DNA of 57,380 nucleotides from a virus: UHGV virus genome UHGV-0150885; one strand, 5' to 3'. Shown piece by piece: positions 25,634 to 34,169 of this stretch (position 1 is its first letter; each line of letters starts with the position of its first letter). The notes under the pieces were generated by a model. It saw only the letters and a program-made list of their open reading frames with translations, ran no database searches and was not told where the DNA came from. The position numbers and the translations under genes were made by a program.

Positions 25634-26121
25634 TCAGCAAAACGCTAAAGCGCCAGATTCTGGCGGCAGCGGCGGGTGGGGCAATAGCAATTGCTGCCGT
25701 GATGATTAAACCGCTGGAGGGCGTGGAGTACGATCCCTATCGTGATGTTATCGGTGTCTGGACCGTTTGTTATGGTCACACCGGAAAAGACATTATGTTG
25801 GGTAAGGCTTACACCCCTGCGGAATGCGAGGCATTACTCAATAAAGATCTTCACAAAGTGGCGAAAGCTATTGACCCATATATCAAGGTCGAGATCTCCG
25901 ACTTTACCCGCGCCGCGCTTTACTCATTCGCCTATAACGTAGGCGCTACCAACTTCAAAACATCAACCTTACTAAAACTACTCAATGACGGCAAGAAATC
26001 AGAGGCGTGCGCCCAGCTTAAACGCTGGATATATGCTGGTGGTCAGAAATGGCAAGGTTTAATTAACCGCCGTGATGTTGAATATGCCGTCTGCGAATGG
26101 GGGGAAACGTGGACAAGATAA
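25630..26121 (+). CDS. Endolysin, T4-lysozyme family, with N-terminal SAR-like segment
   Basis: 163 aa; catalytic [23 protein letters not shown]; N-term Ala/Gly-rich hydrophobic stretch [16 protein letters not shown]. Confidence 0.85.
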
Positions 26122-26579
26122 AGGCGTTAATCATCGCCGTGGTTGTTTGCATTGTTGCCGGACTCACCGCCGCGCTTTGTCACTACCAGTCAACTGTAAA
26201 CACGTTACAGACTGAACTAACGACAACGCAAGGCGCTTTAAAAACCGCAAGTAACACCATACAGCAAATGAAGGAGCGAAACGCCGAACTGTCAAAACTT
26301 GATAAGAGGTATCACGATGAAATTAAAGCTATCAGGTCTGACATTGCCGATCTGCGTAGCGGTATTAATAGCGGTGCTATCCGGTTGCACGTCAACGCAA
26401 TACCCGTGCGAGTGTCCGACGCCACCGCCACCGCCAGCACCATTGATGGAACCGCCTGTAGACTCACTCCCGACGCTGAATCGGCTTATCTATCCCTCAG
26501 AGAGCAGCTAAAAGAGAAAGACGCGAAGATCACCGGATTGCAGGACTACATTAATACGCAGTGCTTACGCAAAGAATAA
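26097..26579 (+). CDS. Rz-like i-spanin
   Basis: 160 aa; N-terminal TM anchor then coiled-coil periplasmic domain; follows endolysin. Confidence 0.7.
   Translation: MGGNVDKIKALIIAVVVCIVAGLTAALCHYQSTVNTLQTELTTTQGALKTASNTIQQMKERNAELSKLDKRYHDEIKAIRSDIADLRSGINSGAIRLHVNAIPVRVSDATATASTIDGTACRLTPDAESAYLSLREQLKEKDAKITGLQDYINTQCLRKE
26317..26511 (+). CDS. Rz1-like o-spanin lipoprotein embedded in Rz in +1 frame
   Basis: [24 protein letters not shown] lipobox then Pro-rich [10 protein letters not shown]; fully inside Rz. Confidence 0.7.
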   Translation: MKLKLSGLTLPICVAVLIAVLSGCTSTQYPCECPTPPPPPAPLMEPPVDSLPTLNRLIYPSESS

Positions 26580-26855
26580 CAGCGCGTGGACGTGTCGCCG
26601 TTTCCGCCAGCCAGCCATAACCGGGCCAATCCTTCCCGCGAGCGACGGCGGAATAGTCAAAAACACGTAATACCGGATCATCCATCCCATTAACAGGTCG
26701 GCGCTACCTGGGTAGAAGAAAGCGCCATCCACCAATTTATAAAATTCTGGAAACGGTACTGATAAGCGCCGTTTTCAGTGTTTTATATCTGTTTTACTCC
26801 CCGATGGTATCAAAATTTACGGGGGTTATATTTTCCAACGTAGGAGAATATTCTG

Positions 26856-27410
26856 ATGGCTAAGGGTAAAGGCTTAAAATTGCCTCACTTCAAGATCCCG
26901 CTCTTTGAGCATACAACCGTTTTCTTTTGCCCGACCCGCGAAATCTTTTATGACTTCTGCGAGCGTGCACATATTCCAATCGAGCCTGATTTCGAACTGG
27001 CTGGCGGCCTGACGTTAACCTGTACTGGTGAGAACGGCGGCAACTTCTATGTTGTAGCTGTATTCGATCATGAGATGGGTACGCTGGTCCATGAAATTGC
27101 TCATGCGACATTCCATTGCCTAAGTGACGTCGGTGTGTTGGCAACTACCAGTCCAGAACATCCGGCGAATGAAACTTACGCCTACATGATCGGGCGCATG
27201 TTTGACACTTTCTTCCCTATCCTGGCTGAATCAAACGAAGCGGAAATTGCAGCACAACAGGCAGCAGAAGTGGTGGAGCAAGCGTTAGAACAGGCGTTAG
27301 AACAGGCAGAACAACCGCAGGAAGAAGAAAAACCCACGAAGAAAGGGAAACGTAAGGCAAAAGCAAAAGAAGCGCTTGTACCGCGCGTTATGAGCTTTAA
27401 ACGAGGCTGA
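26856..27410 (+). CDS. Putative zinc metallopeptidase-like protein (HExxH)
   Basis: 184 aa; LVHEIAHATFH motif with downstream Glu; acidic low-complexity then Lys-rich C-terminus. Confidence 0.6.
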   Translation: MAKGKGLKLPHFKIPLFEHTTVFFCPTREIFYDFCERAHIPIEPDFELAGGLTLTCTGENGGNFYVVAVFDHEMGTLVHEIAHATFHCLSDVGVLATTSPEHPANETYAYMIGRMFDTFFPILAESNEAEIAAQQAAEVVEQALEQALEQAEQPQEEEKPTKKGKRKAKAKEALVPRVMSFKRG

Positions 27411-27412
27411 TT

Positions 27413-27502
27413 ATGGTTGCATCGATATTAACATTCATTGGCGGTATGGCGGCTGGATTTATTCTTTGCCTGTTTCTGGTAGTCATGTCTATGCAGAGGT
27501 AA
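27413..27502 (+). CDS. Tiny hydrophobic peptide 1 (29 aa)
   Basis: MVASILTFIGGMAAGFILCLFLVVMSMQR; SD GAGG; immediately after HExxH gene stop. Confidence 0.4.
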   Translation: MVASILTFIGGMAAGFILCLFLVVMSMQR

Positions 27503-27504
27503 TT

Positions 27505-27576
27505 ATGGGCGACTTCCTGTTACTGATAGTTTTGTTGTTTGTTGGCCTTGCATTGTTCGATGTTATAACGAGGTAA
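27505..27576 (+). CDS. Tiny hydrophobic peptide 2 (23 aa)
   Basis: MGDFLLLIVLLFVGLALFDVITR; SD GAGGT; 2-nt gap from previous stop. Confidence 0.4.
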   Translation: MGDFLLLIVLLFVGLALFDVITR

Positions 27577-27579
27577 ATT

Positions 27580-27654
27580 ATGAACGCCTACGATCTCATC
27601 TGGTTGTTGGTGCTTATCGTGGGTATTGGCGTGAATATTTATAGATTATGGTGA
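27580..27654 (+). CDS. Tiny hydrophobic peptide 3 (24 aa)
   Basis: MNAYDLIWLLVLIVGIGVNIYRLW; SD GAGGT; paralogue of peptide 5. Confidence 0.4.
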   Translation: MNAYDLIWLLVLIVGIGVNIYRLW

Positions 27655-27658
27655 CGCA

Positions 27659-27733
27659 ATGGAGCTTCACGAAATTATAGCGTGTGTGGCCTTTGCCTGT
27701 GTCCTGTATTTCTGGTGGAAAAACGTCGTATAG
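27659..27733 (+). CDS. Tiny hydrophobic peptide 4 (24 aa)
   Basis: MELHEIIACVAFACVLYFWWKNVV. Confidence 0.35.
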   Translation: MELHEIIACVAFACVLYFWWKNVV

Positions 27734-27741
27734 GTGAAAGC

Positions 27742-27822
27742 ATGAACGCATATGAAATGTTATTACTGGTGGCAGTCGTTGTGGTTATTGCTGTGGATGT
27801 TTACCGGGAGCTTAAAGAATGA
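27742..27822 (+). CDS. Tiny hydrophobic peptide 5 (26 aa)
   Basis: MNAYEMLLLVAVVVVIAVDVYRELKE; SD AGGTG. Confidence 0.4.
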   Translation: MNAYEMLLLVAVVVVIAVDVYRELKE

Positions 27823-27887
27823 AAGAATCAGATTTTTGGTGCATGGTTTTAGCTATTGTCATTATCGCCCTGGCTTTCGCCATTTAG
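27819..27887 (+). CDS. Tiny hydrophobic peptide 6 (22 aa)
   Basis: MKESDFWCMVLAIVIIALAFAI; ATGA overlap with peptide 5. Confidence 0.35.
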   Translation: MKESDFWCMVLAIVIIALAFAI

Positions 27888-27951
27888 CCCGGACGCGCAT
27901 TTTATGCGCTTCCAAGAATTAACGATATTAAATAGCCAGTAGGGGAATATC

Positions 27952-28095
27952 ATGTTCGAGTTTCTTGATCTGCTTATGTTCTTGCTTTGTTCTGGTCTGC
28001 TTATTGTCGCGATAATGTTATGCGCATACGTGATTGTAATGATTGGTGCGCTCATTCACAAAGAAGTAAAACAGAGATTTAAGGGTAAACAATGA
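27952..28095 (+). CDS. Small hydrophobic peptide 7 (47 aa)
   Basis: MFEFLDLLMFLLCSGLLIVAIMLCAYVIVMIGALIHKEVKQRFKGKQ; SD AGGGGA. Confidence 0.4.
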   Translation: MFEFLDLLMFLLCSGLLIVAIMLCAYVIVMIGALIHKEVKQRFKGKQ

Positions 28096-28175
28096 AAGAA
28101 TTATTCGACTGGTTGGAAGTGTTTACATACTGTGCAAGTTTTGTTGCTTGCGTATATATCATCAATAAATATTGA
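28092..28175 (+). CDS. Tiny hydrophobic peptide 8 (27 aa)
   Basis: MKELFDWLEVFTYCASFVACVYIINKY; ATGA overlap with peptide 7. Confidence 0.35.
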   Translation: MKELFDWLEVFTYCASFVACVYIINKY

Positions 28176-28185
28176 GAGGTGAAAT

Positions 28186-28671
28186 ATGGCCCGCACTAAA
28201 AAGGCAAAGGTTGATAAAGAGCCTGCCGTTAAAAAGGTGGGCCGTCCGCATGGTTATACCGAAGAAAAAGCGTTAGAGATCTGCGAACTGGTGGCGGACG
28301 GTCAGAGCATTAATAAAATTTCGAAAATGCCCGGTATGCCTACCCGTTCCACAATCTTGAAATGGTTTAGAGATATACCAGAATTCTCGGTCATGTACGC
28401 GCACGCGAAGGAGATCGGCTTTGAGGTATTGGCTGATGAAATTATCGATCTTTCTGACGCCGCAGAAAACATCAAAGCGGAGGAATTGCGCCGCCATCAA
28501 CTGATGATTGATACCCGCAAGTGGCTACTGGCAAAACTCCAGCCGCGCAAATACGGTGAACGCGTCACACAGGAGATCGTCGGCAACAAGGAAGAAGCGC
28601 CCGTTCAGGTAGCGGAGGTATCGAAAGAAGAGATCGCCCGCATCGTCCAGGAAGTGGAAGACGAGGTGTGA
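28186..28671 (+). CDS. terS: Terminase small subunit (HTH-containing)
   Basis: 161 aa; N-terminal HTH (EEKALEICELVADGQSINKISK); GTGA overlap with terL. Confidence 0.7.
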   Translation: MARTKKAKVDKEPAVKKVGRPHGYTEEKALEICELVADGQSINKISKMPGMPTRSTILKWFRDIPEFSVMYAHAKEIGFEVLADEIIDLSDAAENIKAEELRRHQLMIDTRKWLLAKLQPRKYGERVTQEIVGNKEEAPVQVAEVSKEEIARIVQEVEDEV

Positions 28672-30152
28672 TTGTGTTGACGATTAAAGAAAGGGTTATC
28701 CAATCCAAATGTGAAAACGACGGCCTGTTCTTCAACCGCTATTTCTATAAGCAGGCCAACGGAACGAAGATGTTTATCGCAGGCCATCATTTAGCTATCC
28801 GTGATGCACTGCAACGCGTTATTAACGGTGAGATTACCCGGCTTATCGTTAACATTCCCCCAGGGTACGGTAAAACCATGATTGCGACCATCAATATGAT
28901 GGCGCGTTCCCTCGCAATAAATCCCCGCACACGCTTCCTTCATGTTTCCTATTCCAACAACCTGGCATTACTCAATTCATCGACAGTCAGAAGTATGATT
29001 TGTACGCCGGAATATCAGGCGATGTGGCCTATGAAGATCCGCAATGATGCCAATTCCAAATCGATGTGGTGGACGGAACACGGCGGCGGTGTATATGCAA
29101 CGTCTTCGTTAGGGCAGGTGACAGGATTCAGGGCCGGATATATGGAGTCCGGCTTTAACGGTGCGTTAATCATTGACGACCCATTAAAACCCGCTGACGC
29201 TTACTCTGATGTGGTCAGGACGCAGGTTAACACCAACTACAACGACACACTGGCATCACGTCTGGCAGTGCAAGCGACGCCCGTTATCGTCATTATGCAG
29301 CGTATCCATTACGATGATTTATCCGGCTACCTGCTACGCGGCGGGAGTGGTGAGAAGTGGCATCACCTTAATCTGCCCGTGAAGATTGACAACAGCCTGG
29401 GTTATTGGGATCTGTACCCTGAAAACGAATTCGCCATTCCTATTGCTCACAACCTGCCGGATGGCTGGCTATGGCCTAAGAAGCACAATGATAGCCATGA
29501 AGCCGGACTAAGAGCGCACCGCAGATCATTCGAAGCCCAATATATGCAGCGCCCGCGTAAATTCGACGAGGAAGGCGCATTATGGACGGAAGCGATGATA
29601 ACCGCTGCGCACCGGATGCAGATAACGCAGGACAAGATCCGCACGGTAATTGCTATCGACCCGGCGACAACATCATCGGAAGAATCGGACGAAACCGGAA
29701 TTGTGGCGTGTTCCGCTTATGGTGGCGGGAAGTATGCGCAGTACTCGGTCGATGGTGACTACTCAGGCCGCATGTCGCCTAACGATTGGGCACAAACTGC
29801 AATACGCGCTTACAAGATCCACGAAGCTGATGCGATAGTTATCGAAACCAACCAGGGCGGGGAGATGGCGGAGGCAACCTTACGCAACGCCCGCTTCGAT
29901 GGTCGCATCGTTAAGGTGCACGCCAGTAAGGGTAAATTCGCCCGTGCAGAGCCAATATCAGCACTGTATGCGCAAGGTAAGGTCGCTCACACTGGCGAAC
30001 TGTACACGCTGGAAAACCAAATGATGGAATACGTGCCAGCTACCGCTAAAAAATCCCCGGACCGACTCGACGCAATGGTATGGGGTATCACTGAATTAAG
30101 CCAGCCACAGGCTATGGGCCTTATGTTACCTAAGCGCCTGCGTGGATTTTAA
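28668..30152 (+). CDS. terL: Terminase large subunit
   Basis: 494 aa; P-loop NIPPGYGKTMIA, Walker B ALIIDDP, C-terminal RNaseH-like nuclease domain. Confidence 0.9.
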   Translation: MIVLTIKERVIQSKCENDGLFFNRYFYKQANGTKMFIAGHHLAIRDALQRVINGEITRLIVNIPPGYGKTMIATINMMARSLAINPRTRFLHVSYSNNLALLNSSTVRSMICTPEYQAMWPMKIRNDANSKSMWWTEHGGGVYATSSLGQVTGFRAGYMESGFNGALIIDDPLKPADAYSDVVRTQVNTNYNDTLASRLAVQATPVIVIMQRIHYDDLSGYLLRGGSGEKWHHLNLPVKIDNSLGYWDLYPENEFAIPIAHNLPDGWLWPKKHNDSHEAGLRAHRRSFEAQYMQRPRKFDEEGALWTEAMITAAHRMQITQDKIRTVIAIDPATTSSEESDETGIVACSAYGGGKYAQYSVDGDYSGRMSPNDWAQTAIRAYKIHEADAIVIETNQGGEMAEATLRNARFDGRIVKVHASKGKFARAEPISALYAQGKVAHTGELYTLENQMMEYVPATAKKSPDRLDAMVWGITELSQPQAMGLMLPKRLRGF

Positions 30153-30209
30153 AATCTGCCTCACAATCCCCCACAAATTTTTCTATTTTTCGCGTAGCAA
30201 CGCGTAAAC

Positions 30210-31604
30210 ATGTATTCAGGAGTAAACATTATGCCATCCAATTTAGAATTGGCGGTTAATGCTGCAATGGAACAACGCCACGCAGCAATGACCCGCTACG
30301 CTGCCGCACATCCATTCTCAATGGGTATTGATGCAAAACGCCACGCAGCATGGAGTGAATACGGATTTAAAGAAGAAATTACCTACAGCGATTTATATAA
30401 GCTGTATCGTCGCGGTGGTATCGCTCACGGGGCCATCGAGAAGATAGTAGGTACTTGCTGGCGCACTCCCCCGGTTATTATCGAGGGTACAGAAGACGAG
30501 CGTGCTGAAAAGGAAACGGCATGGGAAAGGGCAATTAAAAAGCAATTTGACAATCGTTTCTGGCGCACTATCTCAGAATGCGACCGCCGCCGCCTGATTG
30601 GTCGTTATGCTGGCCTGTTAATCCACGTCAAAGATAATCAGCCGTGGGAAAAACCAGTGACTAAGGGAACGGCGATCGAGAAGTTTTCACCTGTATGGGC
30701 GGGCGCACTGACACCGAAAGACTTCGATGAAAACCCGGATAGCGAAACCTATGGCCTGCCTACCTGGTGGGAGTACAAGGAGCGTATCAACGGGAAAACC
30801 ATAAACCGGAAGATCCACGCTGACCGTATTTTCATCTTCGGTGACTATTCCGAAGACGCCATTGCATTCCTTGAGCCGTCCTATAACGCCTTTGTTTCAC
30901 TGGAGAAAGTGGAAGGCGGTAGCGGTGAATCTTTCCTGAAAAACGCAGCACGCCAACTGGCTATCTCATTCGATAAGGAAATTGATTTCCGTTCCTTGGC
31001 CGCGACGTATGATTGCGATGTTACAGAGCTACGCGAGAAATTCAACGAGGCCACCGCTGAAATGAACAGGGGTAATGACGTGATGATGGCGTTACAAGGC
31101 GCTACCGTTAACCCACTGGTCACTACCGTAGCCGATCCATCGGCAACCTATGACGTCAACCTGCAAACCGCCGCCGCCGGGATTGACATTCCAACGCGTA
31201 TTCTTGTTGGGAATCAACAGGGTGAACGCGCATCAACCGAAGACCTCCGCTACTTCAATAACCGCTGTATGACCAGACGCGAGGAAATCGGCGGGGAGAT
31301 TGAAATTCTGTTCCGTAAGCTGGCTGATCTTCGTCTGATTGCAATGCCGATCGATATATCAGTGATATGGGATGATCTTAACGCCATGACGAAAGCCGAA
31401 ATGTTGGAAGCGGCACATAAGATGGCACAGATTAACCAGGCATGTTTAGCCACCGGGGAGCAAATATTCGACGGTGAAGAAATCCGCGAAGCTGCCGGAT
31501 ACGAAGGCCCGACGCAGGAAGTAGAACTGGAAGACGAGGACGATGAAGATGAAGGTAAAGAGAATAATCAAAAAGATTCCGCCGTCCGCAATAATGCCAA
31601 ATAA
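30210..31604 (+). CDS. Portal protein
   Basis: 464 aa; directly downstream of terL; acidic C-terminus; size and position typical of portal. Confidence 0.75.
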   Translation: MYSGVNIMPSNLELAVNAAMEQRHAAMTRYAAAHPFSMGIDAKRHAAWSEYGFKEEITYSDLYKLYRRGGIAHGAIEKIVGTCWRTPPVIIEGTEDERAEKETAWERAIKKQFDNRFWRTISECDRRRLIGRYAGLLIHVKDNQPWEKPVTKGTAIEKFSPVWAGALTPKDFDENPDSETYGLPTWWEYKERINGKTINRKIHADRIFIFGDYSEDAIAFLEPSYNAFVSLEKVEGGSGESFLKNAARQLAISFDKEIDFRSLAATYDCDVTELREKFNEATAEMNRGNDVMMALQGATVNPLVTTVADPSATYDVNLQTAAAGIDIPTRILVGNQQGERASTEDLRYFNNRCMTRREEIGGEIEILFRKLADLRLIAMPIDISVIWDDLNAMTKAEMLEAAHKMAQINQACLATGEQIFDGEEIREAAGYEGPTQEVELEDEDDEDEGKENNQKDSAVRNNAK

Positions 31605-32490
31605 CACCGAAGACCCGACCATGACAGGTAAGTTACGGTCGGGCGCTAACAAGCGATTTAAGGCGTGCTTAAAGAAGGTGGCCCAACCTTATGTCGATAT
31701 ACTGGACAAGATACCGCACAGCCTTTCGGTGAATAAGAAATACTCATTCCAGATTTACATGGATGAACTGCATGATCTCCTGGATGATGCTGGTCGAATG
31801 ATTGACGAGATATTCGAACTGTCAGATCCTGATTCATTCTGGTTTTGGCAGGATTACGTGAAGGTCGCCTATCAGCGCGGCACGGCACAGGAATATGCCA
31901 ACCTTGCCAACCAGTCGGTTACATACGCCAGGGCTTACCCGGAAGTGTCGGCGGTGTTATCCAGTACACCTTATCGCATACGCCTTGCCCTGGTCCGGAC
32001 ACGTGTATTTGAGGAAATGCGCGGGCTGACCGCACAGATCAAAAAGGATATGGCCCGACGGCTAACGGAAGGGATGGCCCGTGGCTTAAATCCACTAGAA
32101 ATAGCGCGCACATTGCAGCAGGAAACGCAATTGCCCCTGTACAGGTGCAAACGTATTGCCCGAACGGAAATATGCACAGCGTTACGCACAGCGCGTATGG
32201 ATGAGGCTGAAGCGGCGACGGAAGAATTCAACCTCCGCACTAAGCAAATGCATATCTCGGCATTATCACCGACAACCAGGCTATCACACGCACAGCGGCA
32301 CGGAAAGACATACACCATAGATGAGCAGCGCGAATGGTGGAGCAGATCTCCTAACTCAATTAACTGTAAATGCAGCACGATTACCGTATTGGTGGATGAA
32401 GACGGTAATATATTAAACAAACGAATTTTAGAACGGGCGCAAGAAAACTATAAGGTAGCGCACGCTAAATATGGTAATGATTGGGAGTAA
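31594..32490 (+). CDS. Head morphogenesis protein (SPP1 gp7 / Mu F-like)
   Basis: About 298 aa; C-terminal motifs RIARTEICTALR..HAQRHGKTY..NCKC typical of gp7/F family; overlaps portal end. Confidence 0.6.
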   Translation: MPNNTEDPTMTGKLRSGANKRFKACLKKVAQPYVDILDKIPHSLSVNKKYSFQIYMDELHDLLDDAGRMIDEIFELSDPDSFWFWQDYVKVAYQRGTAQEYANLANQSVTYARAYPEVSAVLSSTPYRIRLALVRTRVFEEMRGLTAQIKKDMARRLTEGMARGLNPLEIARTLQQETQLPLYRCKRIARTEICTALRTARMDEAEAATEEFNLRTKQMHISALSPTTRLSHAQRHGKTYTIDEQREWWSRSPNSINCKCSTITVLVDEDGNILNKRILERAQENYKVAHAKYGNDWE

Positions 32491-33764
32491 TAACCGTGGA
32501 AAAAGAATTGATTCAGGTTAACACCAAATTAACCGCTAATACCATTCGCCGGGAAACGTATAACGGGCGCGAACATATTGTCGTTCCGTCCTACACGTTG
32601 CCATTCAATATCGTTATGAATCGGGAGTATTACCCGGAAACTGAAATTATCGCTAACTATCAGTCACTGGAGGGAACACTTGCCCCGCTGGGCCATCCCA
32701 CCGTTGATGGTAAATTCGTTTCCGCATTTAGCCCGGAAGGATTAAACACGGGTTTTTGTGGGGCGTGGAATAGAAATGTGGAATTACGCGGCAACCGTGT
32801 TTATGTGGAAAAATGGGTGGACGTAGAAACCGCCAGCCATTCAGAACAGGGCCGCGAATTATTAACCCGACTGGAAGCACTGGAGAAAGGAGAAAGCAAA
32901 GATCCGATCTGGTCCTCCGTTGCTGTATATCGTCAACGTATGCCAGCTACCGAAGAAATGAAAGCCCAGGGTGCTGACCATGTAGTGAAAATCATGTCGA
33001 TCGACCATGACGCTATTTTACTGCATGAGCCGCCAGCCGCATCGCCGGAACAAGGTGTCGGCCTGATGGTTAATACTGAACAAGCTACACCATTAATGGC
33101 AGTGGCAATGAAAGAAAACAGCTATCGCACGCTTGAAAAACAGTTAACCGCCGCCGCGCGGGAAATGTTCCCTGATGCTGATTACGTATACGTGGTGGAC
33201 TTCACTGATAAAGAGGTGACAATCGCCACCAATGAAAACTGTGCGGAAAGATACAACTACGAAAAACAGGCTGATAAAATAATTCTCAATGATGGCGAAC
33301 TGCAAACTAACGAGGAATCGAAATCCTGGTTTACTCAATTCGCTGAACACCTATCTGATTTATTCATCCTGAAAGAAAAAATCCAGGCCAACAAAAAAGA
33401 GGATCTCGACATGCCTTTGACCAAAGAAGAACGCGCCGAACTGGTAAAAGAAATTAACGAAGGTTTAGCCGCTAATATCGCTAATGCAGTAGCAGAAGCA
33501 TTAAAACCAGTACAGGCAAGCGTAGAAGAATTACAGACCAATCAGAAAGCAATTAAAGAAGAAATTGCAGCCAACGCAAATAAAGAAGTCGAAGAAAAAC
33601 GCGCCGCAGTAGCAAAAGTTCACGGCGAAATTGTTGCTAACGCTTTGAGTGGTGAAGCGTTAGAGGAAATGTTTAAAAACCTGGGCAAAGCCGCGCCGCT
33701 GGCAACCAATGCCGCTGATGAAGGCAAAAAAGGCGAAGTACCAGACTTTAACACTTATTTCTAA
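32481..33764 (+). CDS. Putative prohead protease/scaffold-like protein
   Basis: 427 aa; C-terminal half highly helical and charged (scaffold-like); located between morphogenesis protein and capsid. Confidence 0.4.
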   Translation: MGVITVEKELIQVNTKLTANTIRRETYNGREHIVVPSYTLPFNIVMNREYYPETEIIANYQSLEGTLAPLGHPTVDGKFVSAFSPEGLNTGFCGAWNRNVELRGNRVYVEKWVDVETASHSEQGRELLTRLEALEKGESKDPIWSSVAVYRQRMPATEEMKAQGADHVVKIMSIDHDAILLHEPPAASPEQGVGLMVNTEQATPLMAVAMKENSYRTLEKQLTAAAREMFPDADYVYVVDFTDKEVTIATNENCAERYNYEKQADKIILNDGELQTNEESKSWFTQFAEHLSDLFILKEKIQANKKEDLDMPLTKEERAELVKEINEGLAANIANAVAEALKPVQASVEELQTNQKAIKEEIAANANKEVEEKRAAVAKVHGEIVANALSGEALEEMFKNLGKAAPLATNAADEGKKGEVPDFNTYF

Positions 33765-33780
33765 TTAAGAGGGGATCACA

Positions 33781-34152
33781 ATGTTTCGTTTTCGTCGTGT
33801 AAATATTGATGGTAAATCCATTACCGAAACCTACGCAGCAGGCGAAGAAGTATTGCCGGGAAAACTGGTTGCCCTGGTTGATGGTGTGTTCGTAAACGCT
33901 ACTGACGCAACGGGCCGCCTGTATATCGTTAACCCTGCATACCATGAAGGAAAAGGTATTGGTGACGCCATCGCAGCAGGTGAAACGGTTGTAGCTGATT
34001 ACGTGGAAGAAGGTCGCGAGTTCGCTATGCGCCTTGATGCTGGTGAATACGTGAAAGACCAGGCTATCAAGCTGGGTGAAGTAACCGTTGCTTTCTGCCA
34101 GGAAAACGTCACCTTAGAAGACGTTGATTTCGTCCGCGTCCGCATTGCTTAA
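33781..34152 (+). CDS. Head-associated structural protein (decoration-like?)
   Basis: 123 aa; position immediately upstream of major capsid gene. Confidence 0.4.
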   Translation: MFRFRRVNIDGKSITETYAAGEEVLPGKLVALVDGVFVNATDATGRLYIVNPAYHEGKGIGDAIAAGETVVADYVEEGREFAMRLDAGEYVKDQAIKLGEVTVAFCQENVTLEDVDFVRVRIA

Positions 34153-34169
34153 TTTAAAAGGGGAAAAAC

